Assembly: GCF_963921235.1 (NCBI RefSeq)
Contig: NC_086097.1
Location: 16,306,001-16,370,000 of the forward strand
DNA: 64,000 nucleotides
Reading direction: 5' to 3'
From: Mobula hypostoma
Lineage: Eukaryota
Both the position numbers and the translations under genes were made by a program. This document shows, piece by piece, positions 47,868 to 61,285 of the stretch (the stretch's first letter is position 1; each line of letters begins with the position of its first letter). The notes under the pieces were generated by a model, which did no database searches, had not been told where the DNA came from, and saw only the letters and a list, made by a program, of their open reading frames with translations.

Positions 47868-48439
47868 TAAGTCACAATCAATCTACTTGCTTGTATTTTC
47901 TTTACATTCTCAAAGCCTTTAACAGACTATTTACTATCCCTCATGGTTGGCAATATTTCCTTAAGGCCGTATACTCTGTCAATACTTCTCTTCTACAATA
48001 GCTTTTTAACCCTCTAATCACAGTACCCCGAATTATCTACATGCACGTTGAGACTGATAGCTTTTGGGGCATTAAGGAATCAGGAATATGGAAAGTAACA
48101 CCAAAGTAAAAGAACAGCCATGGTGTTACAAACTTGTGGAGCAGAGTCAAACAGCTGAATGACCTTGTGCTACTTCTATTTGTTCTTTAGGCTGACAGAA
48201 AAGTAATACAATTTCCTTAATGTCTGCATCCAAACCTATGACTTATATTCATCAATCTTTCATAGTACTGCAAATAGTGAATTACTAGCAAATTTAGACT
48301 TTATCTGTGTGATGGCATTGGGTTTGCTGACTGTGGTGGAACAAGCAGGTATGGCACCCTTAATCATACAAAAATTCATCGCCATGGCCAGAATTGAGGT
48401 ACAAGGGGAGAATCTAAGCCAGGCTGAAACGCAGAGTGA

Positions 48440-51143
48440 TGTGCCCCCACACAACATTTTGCTAGCAAATGGGCAGTTGCTGCAGAACAAAATTGAGGAT
48501 CTGAGGGCAAGATTGCTGTATCAGAGATTACTGCTCTGTTCTATGTCTGAGCAAAACTTGGCTCTCTCCCAGCATGCTAGATACAGCAATCAAACCAGAA
48601 GGCTTCTCAATTCTCTGTATGGACTGAACTATTGAATCAGAAAAGACAAAAGGTGGAGGCGTGTGTTTCAGGATAAACTCTCAGTGATGCTCCATTGTGG
48701 TGGTTTTGACAAACTCGTGTTTCCCCGTCCTTGAACACCTAACGGTCAAATGTCATCTGTTCTATTTACCTCAGGAGTTTTCCTCCATGATCCCAACCGC
48801 AGTTTACATACCACCAGCGGCCAACTATAATCAAGAGCTTGAGTTAATGCACAATGCCTTCTCCAAACAAGAAACACTCCATCCCAATGCATTTCAAATC
48901 ATAGTAAGGGATTTCAATCAGGCTTGTTTGAAGAAAACCCTGCCCAGTTACCATCAGCAACTAATCTGTTGCACCAGAGGTCCCAAAACACCAGACCACT
49001 GCTGTACGAAGATAAGGAATGCCTACTGTTCTATGCTCAAACCACATTTTGGTAAATCAGATCACTTGGCTGTACTTCTCCTACCTGAATACAGGCAGCA
49101 GCAAAAGAGTAAAGCTCCAGAGATTTGGACAACAAAGAGGATCACAGGAGATAGAGAAGCAGCTATTGGATTGCTTCAAGTCAGTGGACTAGACTGTGTT
49201 CAAGGACTAGTCTATGATCTGAATGAATACACCATGATTGTCATGGACTTTATTAAATCAGAAGCCCTGGATTAACCATGAGATCTTGAATCTGCTGAGA
49301 GCCAGATCAGAGGCGTTCAAGTCTGGTGACCAAGAAAGCTACAAGACGTCTAGGTATGATCTCCAGTCATCTCTCTGGTGAAATGGCAATTTCGAATTAA
49401 ACTTGAATCAACGAAGGATGCTCAACAGTTGTGACATAGATGACAACAGGGCTTCGCTTCCAGATGAGCTCAATGCCTTCTATGCTCATTGTGACCCTCA
49501 AAACATGGAGGAACCATCACAAACTTGCACAGCCCCTGATGATACTATGATATCAGTCTCTGAGGACAACATGCGAGCAGCCTTCAGGAAGGCAAACCCA
49601 CAAAAAACAGACCACCCCAGACAGGGTACCTAGATAAAGTGTTCACTGAGATCTTTAACCTCTCACTTCAGCAGTCTGAGGTACCCACCTGTTTCAAGCA
49701 GGCTTCAATTATAAGAAGAACATGGTGACCTGCCTCAAAGACTATCGTCAAGTAGCACTTACATCCACAGTGATGAAGTACTTTGAGAGGTTTGTGATGA
49801 AAAATATCATATCCTGCCTGAGAAACAATTTGAATCCACTGCGATTTGCCAACCACAGCAGATTCCATTTCACTGGCTCTTCACTCAACCCTGGAACATC
49901 TGGATAACAAAGATGCATATCTTTGCATCTTTATCAACTACAGCTCAGCATTCAATACCTGTACCATCATCCCCTCAAAGCTCACCAATAAGCTCTACGA
50001 CCTTGGGCTCAATACTTGCTTGTGCAACTGGATCCTTAAATTCCTCACTTGCAGACCCCAGTCAGTTCAAATTGGCAAAAAACATCTCCACAAACTCTAT
50101 CAGTACACATGCACAAGGCTGCGTGCTTAGCCCCCGTTCAACTTTCTTTACACTTATGACTGTGTAGTCAACCACAGCTCCAATGCCATAATCAAGCTTG
50201 GTGAAGACACCATCACTGAATCAAAAGTGGTGATGAATCAGTATATAGGATAGAGAACAAAAGTCAAGCTGAGTGGTGCCACAACAACCTCTCAATGAAT
50301 GTCAGCAAGACCAAGGAACTGAGTCTTGACTTTAGGAGAAGGAAACCAAAGATCCATGAGCCAGACCTCATCTGAGGATTAGAGCTGGAGTGGGTCAGTA
50401 ACTTTACATTCCTTGGTGTTATTATTTCAGAGGACCTGTCCTGGGCCCGGCACACAGGTGCAATTACGAAAAAAAGCACAGTTGCATCTCTACTTCCCTC
50501 AGAGTTTGCAAAGATTTGACATGACATCTAAACTTTGACAAACTCGTATAGATATTTGGTTGAGAGTATATTGACTGACAGCATCACAGGCTGATATGGA
50601 AATATCAATGCCCTTGAACAGAAAATCCTACAAAATACAGTGGATAAGGCCCAGTCCATCACAGGTAGAGCCCTCCCCATCACCAAGAACATTTTATACG
50701 AAACACTGCGGCAGGAAAACAGTATCAATCATCAAGGACTCCAACACCCAGGACATGCTTTCTTCTCACTGCTGCCATCAGGAAGAATGTTCAGGAACAG
50801 TTATTCTCAACCATCAAGCTCTTGAACCAAAGGAGATAACTTCAAACAACTTCACTTGTCCCATCATTGAAATGTTCCCACAACCTACAGACTCACTTTC
50901 AAGGTCTCTTCATTTCATGTTCTCAATATTTATTGCTTATTTATTTATTATTCTTTCTTTTTGTATATCCACAGTTTGTCTTTTGCACACTGGCTGGACA
51001 CCCAAGTTGGTGCAGTCTTTTAGTAATACTATTAAGGTGATTATTCTATTATGGATTTATTGAGTATGCCTGCAATAAAAAGAATCTCAGGCTTATATAT
51101 GGTGACATATGTATACGCTGATAATAAATTTACTTCGAACTCA
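48440..51143 (+). mobile_element. Degenerate Rex1/Babar-clade LINE
   Basis: AVYIPP, RDFNQ, FGKSDH, DYRQVALTSTVMK, SSAFNT; many stops; TTCGAAC-type tail. Confidence 0.82.
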
Positions 51144-51194
51144 AAGATCTTAAGCCCTATCAGATTTAAATAGCCATGAATACTCTCAATGAAG

Positions 51195-51262
51195 CAGGGG
51201 TTCACAACCATTTTTTATGCCATGGGCCAATACCATTAAGCAAAGGGTCCACAGACCCTGCA
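51195..51262. mobile_element. Small hAT-like MITE remnant
   Basis: CAGGGGTTCACAACC start and ...GACCCTG end. Confidence 0.4.
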
Positions 51263-51280
51263 CTAAAGGGGGATAATATT

Positions 51281-51955
51281 GAAGAGGAGAAGATGGCGGC
51301 GCGCGGCCTCTTCTGTGGTGATGTCTGTTATCTGTCAAGCAGGGGACCGTGCACAATCCTGATTTGATGGAGACAGACGTGAGAGCACGGAGGAACATCT
51401 AGAAAACTTCTGAAATGCCCGCTTCGCTGCCGCTGCTACTGTGTGGTAACCGGAATCTCTGGAGCAGAAGGCCCCGAAATCCTCGACTTTGAGTGTTTCA
51501 GCGGCCGGGGTGAGGTTGAAGGTGCTCGGCAGAGGATGGTGCTCGGGAGGCTGTATCGGAGAGGCTGGTCGGAAGCTCAAAGTTTTCGGACGGATGGACT
51601 CAGTGTCGGCTGGGGTCGGCTGCATCTAAGGCATCGGCAAGTTGACGGTGCCTGCAGGTTTATGGCAGGGAGTTTCTCCCTTTGGCCGCCACTATTGGGG
51701 ACTCGGGAGTCAATCAACTCGGGGACTTTTGAGACTTTATTTACCATGCCCATGGTTTGTTCTTCATCAAATTATGGCATTGCTTTGCACTGCTGTAACT
51801 ATGTGTTATAATTATGTGGTTCTGTCAGTGTAAGTCTCTGGTTTGTCCTGTTTTCTGTGATATCACTCTGGAGAAACATTGTATCATTTCTTAATGCATG
51901 CATGCATGCATTTCTAAATGACAATAAAAGAGGACTGAGTGTTCTCATAATCTAA
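51281..51955 (+). mobile_element. ~670-bp non-autonomous retroelement, copy B
   Basis: Starts GAGGAGAAGATGGCGGC; colinear with 44351-45026. Confidence 0.7.
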
Positions 51956-52288
51956 ATATTCTAACTACCCAGTCTTCAAAGACTAGTCTACTTCCCTGTT
52001 TCTTTTCTGCAGCAAGTCTTAGCTGCCAATACCCACTATTTGAGTGGTGGGTTCCCTTTCCCTACCAATGAGAAGGTACTTCCAGCTAACAAAGTAGGTT
52101 ACATCGCAGTTCATTTAATCACAGTGATGCACATTTGAATCCACACATTCCTGAAACACATTTAAAACTCTGAGGATTTCTATCTTAAATGTTTATTTCC
52201 CAATTACAAACAGTTTCTAAAACACAAAACACTTTTTAAACTCAAAGGATTTCCAAAACACAGGAACAATTCCTATAGACTAAAAGAT

Positions 52289-53330
52289 TTTTGTTTTATC
52301 ATCTGGGCTACTCAGTATTAAAATTTATTGAAAAACTAATATTTGTATAATTTATGATACTGTTAAATCATAATAGCTATTATTTCAATTATTCCTACTT
52401 TCTGTTTGGATCAAGAGTTTCATAACCAATAAAGTTGAATTCAAACATAGTGGATGGTGTCACTGAAGGGAAACTCATGTCCAAATGCTTAGGGAATTTT
52501 ACTCACTTTCATTTTAACCAAGCAAAATGAAAATTATGCAAAATCTTATGAACGACTTAAAATATTCAATTCAAAAGTTTTACTCTGCTTAACTTGACCA
52601 ACATTGATAAATTCATCATCCTGAATTGAGAGAGGTACCTCCAGAATGCATTTCTTGCACTCTGCCCATGCAAGCTTGACATGAAGGTTATACACAAGAT
52701 ACTTCAGGATATGTCTGACAAGCTAGAGTATTATTCATATCTGATCATTCTCAGGATAGGTAAGGAACATGTAATATTCACAACTCATTTGAACTTTAGC
52801 TCATCACACACCATATGTCTATTTCCAAGCTTCAGGTATTGCTTCGTTCTATCCCTTGTGATACTCTGTTACTTCCAAACTACTCTCATGTCTTTCCACT
52901 GATAATACAAATTTCAAGCCAATCATCAACCCCACACATGCCAAACAATACTAACTAAACAATCTGTGTTTCAAACAAATACACAAGACTTAAAGACAAC
53001 TTTTGTTTATCAGCAGTTTGTCATAATCCTTTATCAGTTAATTATTCCATTAGAGCTGCGTATTTCAAACATTTTTTTTTAGTTTCAGATTTTAGCATTT
53101 GAAGATGTTTGTTTTATCTGGGGAACTCAGTATTAAAATTGTATTGAAAAATTGTAATATTTGAACATGCATAATTTACGATACTGCTGAAACATTTCAA
53201 TTTCATACTTTCTGTTTGGATCAAGAGCTTCAAGGCTAATAAAGGTGAATTCAAACATAGTGGGTGCGTGTCATTGAAGGGAAAGAGTTATGTTTAAATG
53301 CTTTGGCAGTTTACTCACTTTCATTCAAAC
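52289..53330. repeat. Local ~230-bp direct duplication (about 52289-52520 and 53107-53330)
   Basis: Shared blocks ACTCAGTATTAAAATT, CTTTCTGTTTGGATCAAGAG, GAATTCAAACATAGTGG, TTTACTCACTTTCATT. Confidence 0.8.
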
Positions 53331-53549
53331 TAGAAAAAAAGCCAAATTTTATTTTAACTTTTTTATAAAATTCAAAATACATCATCCAATCCCATTTGTC
53401 TGGCATGGCTTTTGTATGCATCATTATCAAAATTGTGTACCTTGAAAACACTCCAATTCTAACCTCCTTAAAACTATTATTGTCAATGTATAGTATTGAA
53501 CAGATAAATTAACTAACAAAAAAAGGTAACATAAGTAACAACAGGAACA

Positions 53550-55118
53550 ATACTCCTGGCAGAGTGCTTAGAGGATGTGCAGACCAGCGAGCAGATATTC
53601 TCACTGACATCTTCAACATCTCCCTAAGCAGCGCCATCCTTCCTACGTGCTTCAAGGCCGCCACCATCGTCCCCGTGCCAAAGAAGTCTTCACTGTCCTG
53701 CCTCAATGATTACCGTCTCGTTGCACTCACATCCATCGTCATGAAGTGTTTCAAGAGGCTCGTCATGAGACACATCAGGACCCTGTTGCCTCCCTCACTG
53801 GATCCCCTGCAGTTCGCGTACCGTCCCAACCGTTCAACAGAACATTGCCATCACCCTCCACCTGGCCATAACCCACCTGGACAAAAAAGACACGTACGTT
53901 TGAATGCTGTTCATTGACTTCAGTTCAGCATTCAACACAATCATTCCTCAGAAACTGATTGGAAAGCTGAGCCTACTGGGCCTGAACACCTCCCTCTGCA
54001 ACTGGATCCTAGACTTCCTGACTGGGAGACCTCAGTCAGTCTGGATTGGAAGCAGCATCTCCAACACCATCACACTGAGCACCGGGGCCCCCCAGGGCTG
54101 TGTGCTCAGTCCACTGCTGTTCACTCTGCTGACACACGACTATGCTGCAACACACAGCTCGAACCACATCATCAAGTTCACCGATGACACGACCATGGTG
54201 GGTCTCATCAGCAAGAATGATGAGTCAGCATACACAGAGGAGGTGCAGCGGCTAATGGACTGGTGCAGAGCCAACAACCTGTCTCTGAATGTAAACAAAA
54301 CAAAAGAGATGGTTGTTGACTTCAGGAGGACTCTCCGCTGAACATCGACGACTCCTCCGTAGAGATCCTTAAGAGCGCCAAATTTCTTGGTGTTCACCTG
54401 GCGGAGAATCTCACCTGGTCCCTCAACACCAGCTCCATAGCAAAGAAAGCCCAGCAGCGTCTCTACTTTCTGCAAAGGCTGAGAAAAGTCCATCTCCCTC
54501 CCCCCATCCTCACCACATTCTACAGAGGTTGTATTGAGAGCATCCTGAGCAGCTGCATCACTGCCTGGTTCGGAAATTGCACCATCTCGGATCACAAGAC
54601 CCTACAGCGGATAGTGAGGTCAGCTGAGAAGATCATCGGGGTCTCTCTTCCCACCATTACAGACAGTTACACCACACGCTGCATCCATAAAGCAAACTAT
54701 GAAGGATCCCACGCACCCCTCATACAAACTCTTCTCCCTCCTGCCATCTGGAAAAAGGCACTAAAGCATACGGGCTCTCACAACCAGACTTTGTAACAGT
54801 TTCTTCCCCCAAGCTATCAGACTCCTCAATACCCAGAGCCTGGCTTGACACCAACCTACTGCCCTCTACTGTGCCTATTGTCTTGTTTATTATTTATTAT
54901 TATTTACTGTAGTGCCTGCACTGTTTTGTGCGCTTTATGCAGTCCTGGATAGGTCTGTAGTCTAGTGTAATTTTTGTGTTTTTTCTTACGTAGTTCAGTG
55001 TAGCTTTTGTATTGTTTCATGTAGAACCATGGTCCTGGAAAACGTTGTCTCATTTTTATTATGTTCTGTACCAGCAGTTATGGTTGAAATGACAATAAAA
55101 AGTGACTTCACGACTTGA
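53550..55118 (+). mobile_element. 5'-truncated Rex1/Babar-clade LINE
   Basis: [62 protein letters not shown]; (GACTT) tail. Confidence 0.9.
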
Positions 55119-57004
55119 GCAGGTCACTTACCCTTTAGAAATTGCCTTGGCATTCTATAACATAGTTCAGTGCCACATCCCTCTAGTCTAGTCCCTTACA
55201 TCCTAAAACCACTCATCTCGCAACAAGCTTCCACGGACCTCAGGAATGCTTACGATCTACCATCTGCTGGACAAAGGTTCTCTCAACTCAGTTTCAAATG
55301 GCCGTCCACTAATTTTGTGTTTGTGGTTCGAGACATCCCAGCCACAGGCAAACATCACTTCTTCATTTAAACTGTGAAGCCCTGTAGAAACATTATTTCT
55401 TTATGAGAGGTTCTCTAATTCTTTTGAAATTCTATGATGTAAAGGTCCAATTGATGAATCGTTCCTCATGCAATCCTCCCATTTCAAGAATCAGTTTGAT
55501 CAAATAGTACTACAATCCCTCCATTTCAAATGTACAATTTTCTTTTTAGACAGACTACGGATATAATTGTCCAAGAGAGGTATAATCAAGGCCCTTACAT
55601 GTTTTAAGATTTCTTTACTCCTGAACACAAATTCTCTGAAAAGGCCAAAATGAGTCTTCTTTCCTAACAGCCTGATATTCGGAATCAGGAAAAATCCTGA
55701 AAATCAATTTGTGACAATGAAGATTTGTGAAATAGACATGACCCCAGGTTGGAATGACACGAGCAGCCATAAAGGATGAGAGATAATATGCCCACTGTTA
55801 CATCCTCTCATCTTCACTAAGATGCAGCAATAAAACAGAAAGTCTGCATGTCTCACTGAGACCAAGATCTAAGGACAGCAACAGATAGTATGCCCAGCTG
55901 GCTGTTGTGAGATAAGAAATAATGGGTCCACTTCAAACTTCTCCACTGGCACGTGAGATCTCAGAAACACTGAGGAGTCATGGAGTTAGCTACTTCCGTG
56001 GTAGCTTATAAATGGAGGCTAAACCAAGACAGCGAGACAACTAGTGATGAGGCTTGACACCACCGGACCCACAGGAAGAATAAGGAGCAATTCCACAGTC
56101 TTCTGAACACCATCGATTCAAGCACCAATAACTAAGGTGCTACACACTGAATGTCAACCAAACATCCAGCTGCTATAAAACAGAGAGCCTAAATGCACTG
56201 GATTTAGACTGATCTGTCATGTGAATCGGTCTTATCAGAGAAGAACAGAAGGAATTTGATACAGATGGGCCCTGGAATCAGGATTTAATTCTTTACTGAA
56301 CCTTGGAGCAATACGAGAATCCGAAGCCAAAAGACTAGGATCAACCTATGCAATGAGGTTCTCTGAGGTATGTAATTCAGAAAACAGTGGATACTGCAAG
56401 TTGGAACAAGGCTAATTACCTCATGTCTTGGCAGGTGGTACACTGTGTGTAAAGAAACAACTTCTACATTGACTTTAGAGTAAAGAAACTGAATAAACTG
56501 AAGGCTTTTTGGAAATTCTTCATTGTCCCTCTAATTAAGTACACAAATTTCGTGAATCAGTAGATTGCATAATTTTCCATAAGATCCCATCTGTCTTGTC
56601 CTTATCTGCTCAGCCAGAGTATCTGCATGTCTGTGCAGCACTTCAATATCCTCATCATAGCATACACCACCAACATGAATTAGTAAAACACCATCTTTTC
56701 ATTTTTTTTACTTAAGAAAGGTATTACAGGTTATAAATCTTACATTTTTGCTATTCATGTATTCTCACATAAAAAAATTAAGAACTTCATAAACCTCTAG
56801 AATTCAATATGCAGCCATAAAGGTTTCCAATTACAAGTTAGTTTATCCCACAAAGGTGGTCTCTGCCAATGTCAATTGTCAAGTTCATGGACAAAGAGAC
56901 AAACACAAGCAGAAGCCCCAGAAGCCATCATGTCATACTCAATATTGTGCAGCACAAGAACAAAAGTAAATTAATATAAACACTTCTACAATCGAGCAGA
57001 AACG

Positions 57005-57880
57005 AGGCCCTCCATTGGCTGGGGTAGACCATAGATACTGCATCCTAGCTGTCTACATGATATGCAAGCCAGTACACCAACCAGGACAGTACAATATGGA
57101 GAACAAGCTGCTGCCTATGCTGCAGCCTCCCCCTCTTCATGCAACTGACAAATCCAAAGGTACGGCAGAAACCAGTGCGGTTTAGCACCAGTGATGTCAC
57201 AGGAGTTACCAGTCAAGATAGGAATGTCTTAGGGACTCCAGCTCTGGAATCTCCCTCAAGATTTACTCTGAAGCCTTCTCCATGAGTGGGTAGCTTCAGG
57301 GCAGCAGAGGTTTGAGATCAGTTTTTTCTCCTCTTGGATGAGCTGCCAACTATGGCTGGTGAACCCTATCTACCCAAAGTAACTGGTTTTAAGGCGCCAG
57401 TAAGCTGCCTTTGCCCCTTCTCCCACCAGTAGAAAAATTTCCACCAGGTTTAGTAGCTAAGCTACACGTGAAGGCTAGGATCTGGACTTCGTTGTCAAAG
57501 ACTATTTGAGACACGCACCTTTAGGAGCATTTAATAGGTAGTGGGAACTTATCCCCATTCCCTCCCCTGAGGATAACAACCTTAAGGAACCTCAGATATG
57601 AAGTAACACCGACAATTTAATGAATGGATAAGAAAATTGGTTTTGGTTTAAGTTAACTACTTCAATGCAAATTATACAGGTAGAACCAGTACCGTTCACA
57701 AATGTTGGTTATGCGACCACTGATGACAATCTGAAGAGTATTGATACTGGCTGGGGTCAGACACTGCCCAGAAGAAGGCAATGGCAAACCACTTCTGTAG
57801 AAAAATTTGTCCAGAACAATCATGGTCACTAAAATCACCCACATGGGATATAATAATGACAATGATAATGATGAATATAT
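57005..57880. repeat. RTE-related SINE-like repeats
   Basis: GAAGGCAATGGCAAACCAC at ~57773-57791 resembles the Bov-A/RTE motif; (AATGAT)n tail; upstream part unassigned. Confidence 0.4.
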
Positions 57881-58239
57881 AGCTTTATACAAGCAAAGTA
57901 TTTCATTTTACCCTGATGTATATTATAATAATGTAAACCTGAATATAACGTCCAATGCTGCTTGGAGCGTGCATGATATTTTCTGTGACCACTATGGTGT
58001 TCTGGTTTCCTTACACATGCCAAAGACATTATGACAGCCTAATCTACTAATTTACGTAGGCACACGGAGGAATTGACAGGGAATATGAAAGACGATAGAT
58101 GACAATAAGTGAACGAAGATATTGATTGCTTCGATGGCAAGGTTAGCCTTCCATATATTGAAGTAAATCCCACCTTTGTTCTTCCCTTCAAGACTTTATT
58201 TGCGTCCTTTGAACCCAGGATCAAGGGGCGAAGAGTAAG

Positions 58240-58700
58240 TTAGGCTTGGAGGCTATAACGAGGGAGTCTTACAACATGGTGGAAGGGAAGGGGAAGGGTG
58301 CGATGCTTCAGGCTACCGTGGATAACATCTCACCGGCGGGTGTGGAGCCGGTCGAAAGAGACACTCCCCGCTCTCAATGTCTGTCCTTGAGCAAGGCTTC
58401 GGGCCTATCCCTCCGGCAATCAGGAGGCCCCCGTGAAGGTGAAAGCCCCCATCTTCTTACACCCGCCCCCACATCCATGTCGACGTTTTGCTGCCCTCCG
58501 ACTCGCTCACCTGCAGGGCCGCGGCCAAGCGGCTGAGGCTCCGGGGCAGCCACCGCGAACGGGCGAACATGATGAGACTGCGGCGCGAGCGCACCCCGAG
58601 CGGAAGTCAGCTGGGGCACGCCACCAGCCCGGAAATAGGGGGGGAGTGGAAGGGCAGCAATCAGCTGCTCTCTTACTACCTACACCAAGCCAAACTACAA
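58240..58700 (-). promoter_or_regulatory. CpG-rich DLST promoter/first-exon region with ETS/GABP-type sites
   Basis: Local CpG and GC enrichment; CGGAAGT at 58601-58607 and CCGGAAAT at 58629-58636 just upstream of the ATG. Confidence 0.7.
58511..58570 (-). CDS. DLST: DLST coding exon 1 (mitochondrial targeting peptide start, MFARSRWLPRSLSRLAAALQ)
   Basis: ATG at 58570-58568 inside a CpG-rich region; 60 nt; Arg/Ser/Leu-rich, no acidic residues; ends CAG|GTGAGC; splices in frame to exon 2. Confidence 0.88.
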
Positions 58701-58959
58701 CACTAAGGGAGAGATATCATTATAAAGCATATCTGGGAATTTAAGTCGTCTCAGTAATTAATCTTAAATAAAGGAAGAATTTACATTTCAATCTCTTTAC
58801 GGTTGCCATAAATAAGGTTTTAATATTTCAAAATAAAGGGTACCTAAAAGTATATTGACTCATATAAGTGGAGAATTAGTTTGAAATTTCATTCTGGGCT
58901 CTACTTCTCCCTCTCATCTTAATGGTTTTTCCGAACCGGGCAATTAGTGTCTATACCTG

Positions 58960-59136
58960 TCAATCAGCTGTTTTTCCTCTATTTCGATTGGTTGCCGGCG
59001 CAACGCCCCTTTCTATCCTTTTATGGTTCGAAGGGGAGTGACGTCTGGTGCAATCGATGCTGACAGGTGCTCAGATAGGTTTGGTGCTGAGTAACTGGGG
59101 TTCCTTCCCAGAGGGAAGTACAACGTGAATGTGAGT
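58960..59136 (+). promoter_or_regulatory. Candidate divergent promoter and non-coding first exon
   Basis: ATTGG (CCAAT box) 58987-58991, X-box-like GTTGCCGGCGCAAC 58991-59004, CRE-like TGACGTC 59039-59045, donor AAT|GTGAGT at 59131. Confidence 0.45.
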
Positions 59137-61129
59137 TATTATCTTCAGTCTATTTGCCACAATTAATATTAATCATTACTTCTTGTTTTTCTCTAGCAGA
59201 AAGAACAGTTCAAGATTTTTTAAAGCTTATATTTATTGAACCTTAGATTTTCATCATATGTTTCTCTAATCTGGCAAGTTTAAAGAAGCGTGAGAATTTG
59301 GCCTTTTTACATTCGATTGCTTTTTACTATCTATTTTTCTGCTAATAATTATGTTAATGATAAATTATTATTTATCATTTTAAAATAATTCATTTTGCAA
59401 ATGGATGATTTCAGCCAGTGAAATATTCGGTGATGATTTATATACAAGTCAATTAACGTTAACTTTATTTCCGCTTTGAACTTATTAAATTCTTTTAATT
59501 AGCTCGAGAGTAGAAGATTCTTTTCCCTTTGTTTTTTTTATCCAGTTCGTGTGAGTTGATCGTTCACAAATTATTCTTCGAACATATTCATCGTTCTGTT
59601 TTCAGAATATGTTTTCAGATATGTTTTTAGAACGAATCGTCTTTGTGCGATGGCATTCGATTCGATTCAAAGAAAATAAACTTGATTATCATCTGGTTGT
59701 CACTGACAGTGTTAATCGCTCTGGTCAGTACCGATCTCTGTTTGAAAGTCTTGGTGGCAATGAGTTTATGAGGTAGTCCTTGTAATTTGGAATGTTGTAA
59801 GCAGGTCTGCGATGTTATTTGGAAGAAGGAAATATTCGATACCTGCAAAGTATCAATATCACGGTGACGGGTTGGTGCACATGGGCACTGGTTAAAGAGG
59901 CATCTAAATTATTTTGGTGCTTCTTCTACCTGCTGCGGGTTTTGGGTTTCTGATGTAATGAACTGTTACTTCCTCTTCCCGAAGGATTCAAAATTTCTCT
60001 TGCGTTTTACAAATAGCTGTGTGGTGGTTTCTAGAATAATTTGATTATATTTAAATTTGGATACCTCGACGGCACATTAAGACGTGTAGCATTTTCAGTT
60101 AAGGGTTTTGAAAGGCGAAATGCCTCTCAGCGGGGTATATGTTGCAAACAAGGATGTACTATTACCTAAAAGTTTGGGAAATCATATATCGTTTTTTTCC
60201 ACTTTTTGCATGATATAAGTCACTTGTACATAGCTATGCATATGCAGTTCTATTGTGTTATCTAATTTGATATGCAGGATAGATAGGCACAATATCCATC
60301 AATTGCAATCCCCTTTAACCTGCACTGCAGAATTCGGGTCTAAGTATGGGGTCAACTATTTATGTTCAATTAATTCTTCCAGTTTACTCCCATTTTATAG
60401 AGGTGATTGGAATGTTATCTTCATCAAATTATATAAAGCAGGGATAGTGGCTTGGCCGCTTTATATGACTAAGAGCGCGTTTGCCATTTTTACCAACCAC
60501 CTCCCTTATCTTTCTCACGGATTTAATACTACACGGAGATTTCATGGCTTTCTGCTTATCTCGAGGCAAACTCGCCACTGCCTTCTCAAGAGCAAACGGA
60601 GATGGCTTTTAACGGTGAGTGGTCACAGGTTATTTGAACCTGCATGCTACGGCGGAGCGTAGTCAAAGTTCAAAGTACAATACACTTATTATCAGTGTAT
60701 ACCATATACAACCTTGAGATTCTCTTCTTACAGGCAGCCACAAAACAAACACAATCGAATCCACGTAAAAACACACATAACAAAGACCAACAAACCGGCA
60801 AAAAACTGCCCGTTTTGCCCCCAACCAACTATCTGAACTCCAAGCGCTTCAAGCTGAGGTCAATGAACAACTACGACCGCACTTTCTAAGTGAAAGCCTT
60901 CAAAGTTCGAAGTAGTTCGCCCGCTCGGCCAACTATTCTTTGTGCAGGGATCACCCCTAGGCGAGGTAAATTGCTTAAACCAAGGTAGGGCTGGATTATC
61001 TGAGGACAATCGCGTTCTTCAGCAGGGAGGAAACGACTTAGTGTGTTTTCCAATTAGTTTACCAATTCATTTTGTTTTATTGGCATACAATCTGGAGCTG
61101 TAAACGACCACAACGCATTACCTTCAATA

Positions 61130-61285
61130 GAGAGCAACACACAAAATGCTGGTGGAACTCAACAAGTCCGGCAGCATCTATGGAGGGGAATACGCAGTCA
61201 ACAACATCTCGGCATCTCGGCCTGAGCTCCTTCGGTATTTTGTGTGTGTTCCTCTGGATTTCCAGCGCCTGCAGAATCTCTTATG
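61130..61285. mobile_element. Penelope-derived terminal repeat, inverted arrangement, decayed
   Basis: CAACACACAAAATGCTGG... followed by ...ATTTTGTGTGTGTT..GATTTCCAGC..TGCAGAATCTC. Confidence 0.6.

Noticed and set aside
58246..58744. Several 70-100 aa ORFs over the promoter
   Set aside because: By-products of GC-rich sequence; only the 60-nt exon 1 is supported.
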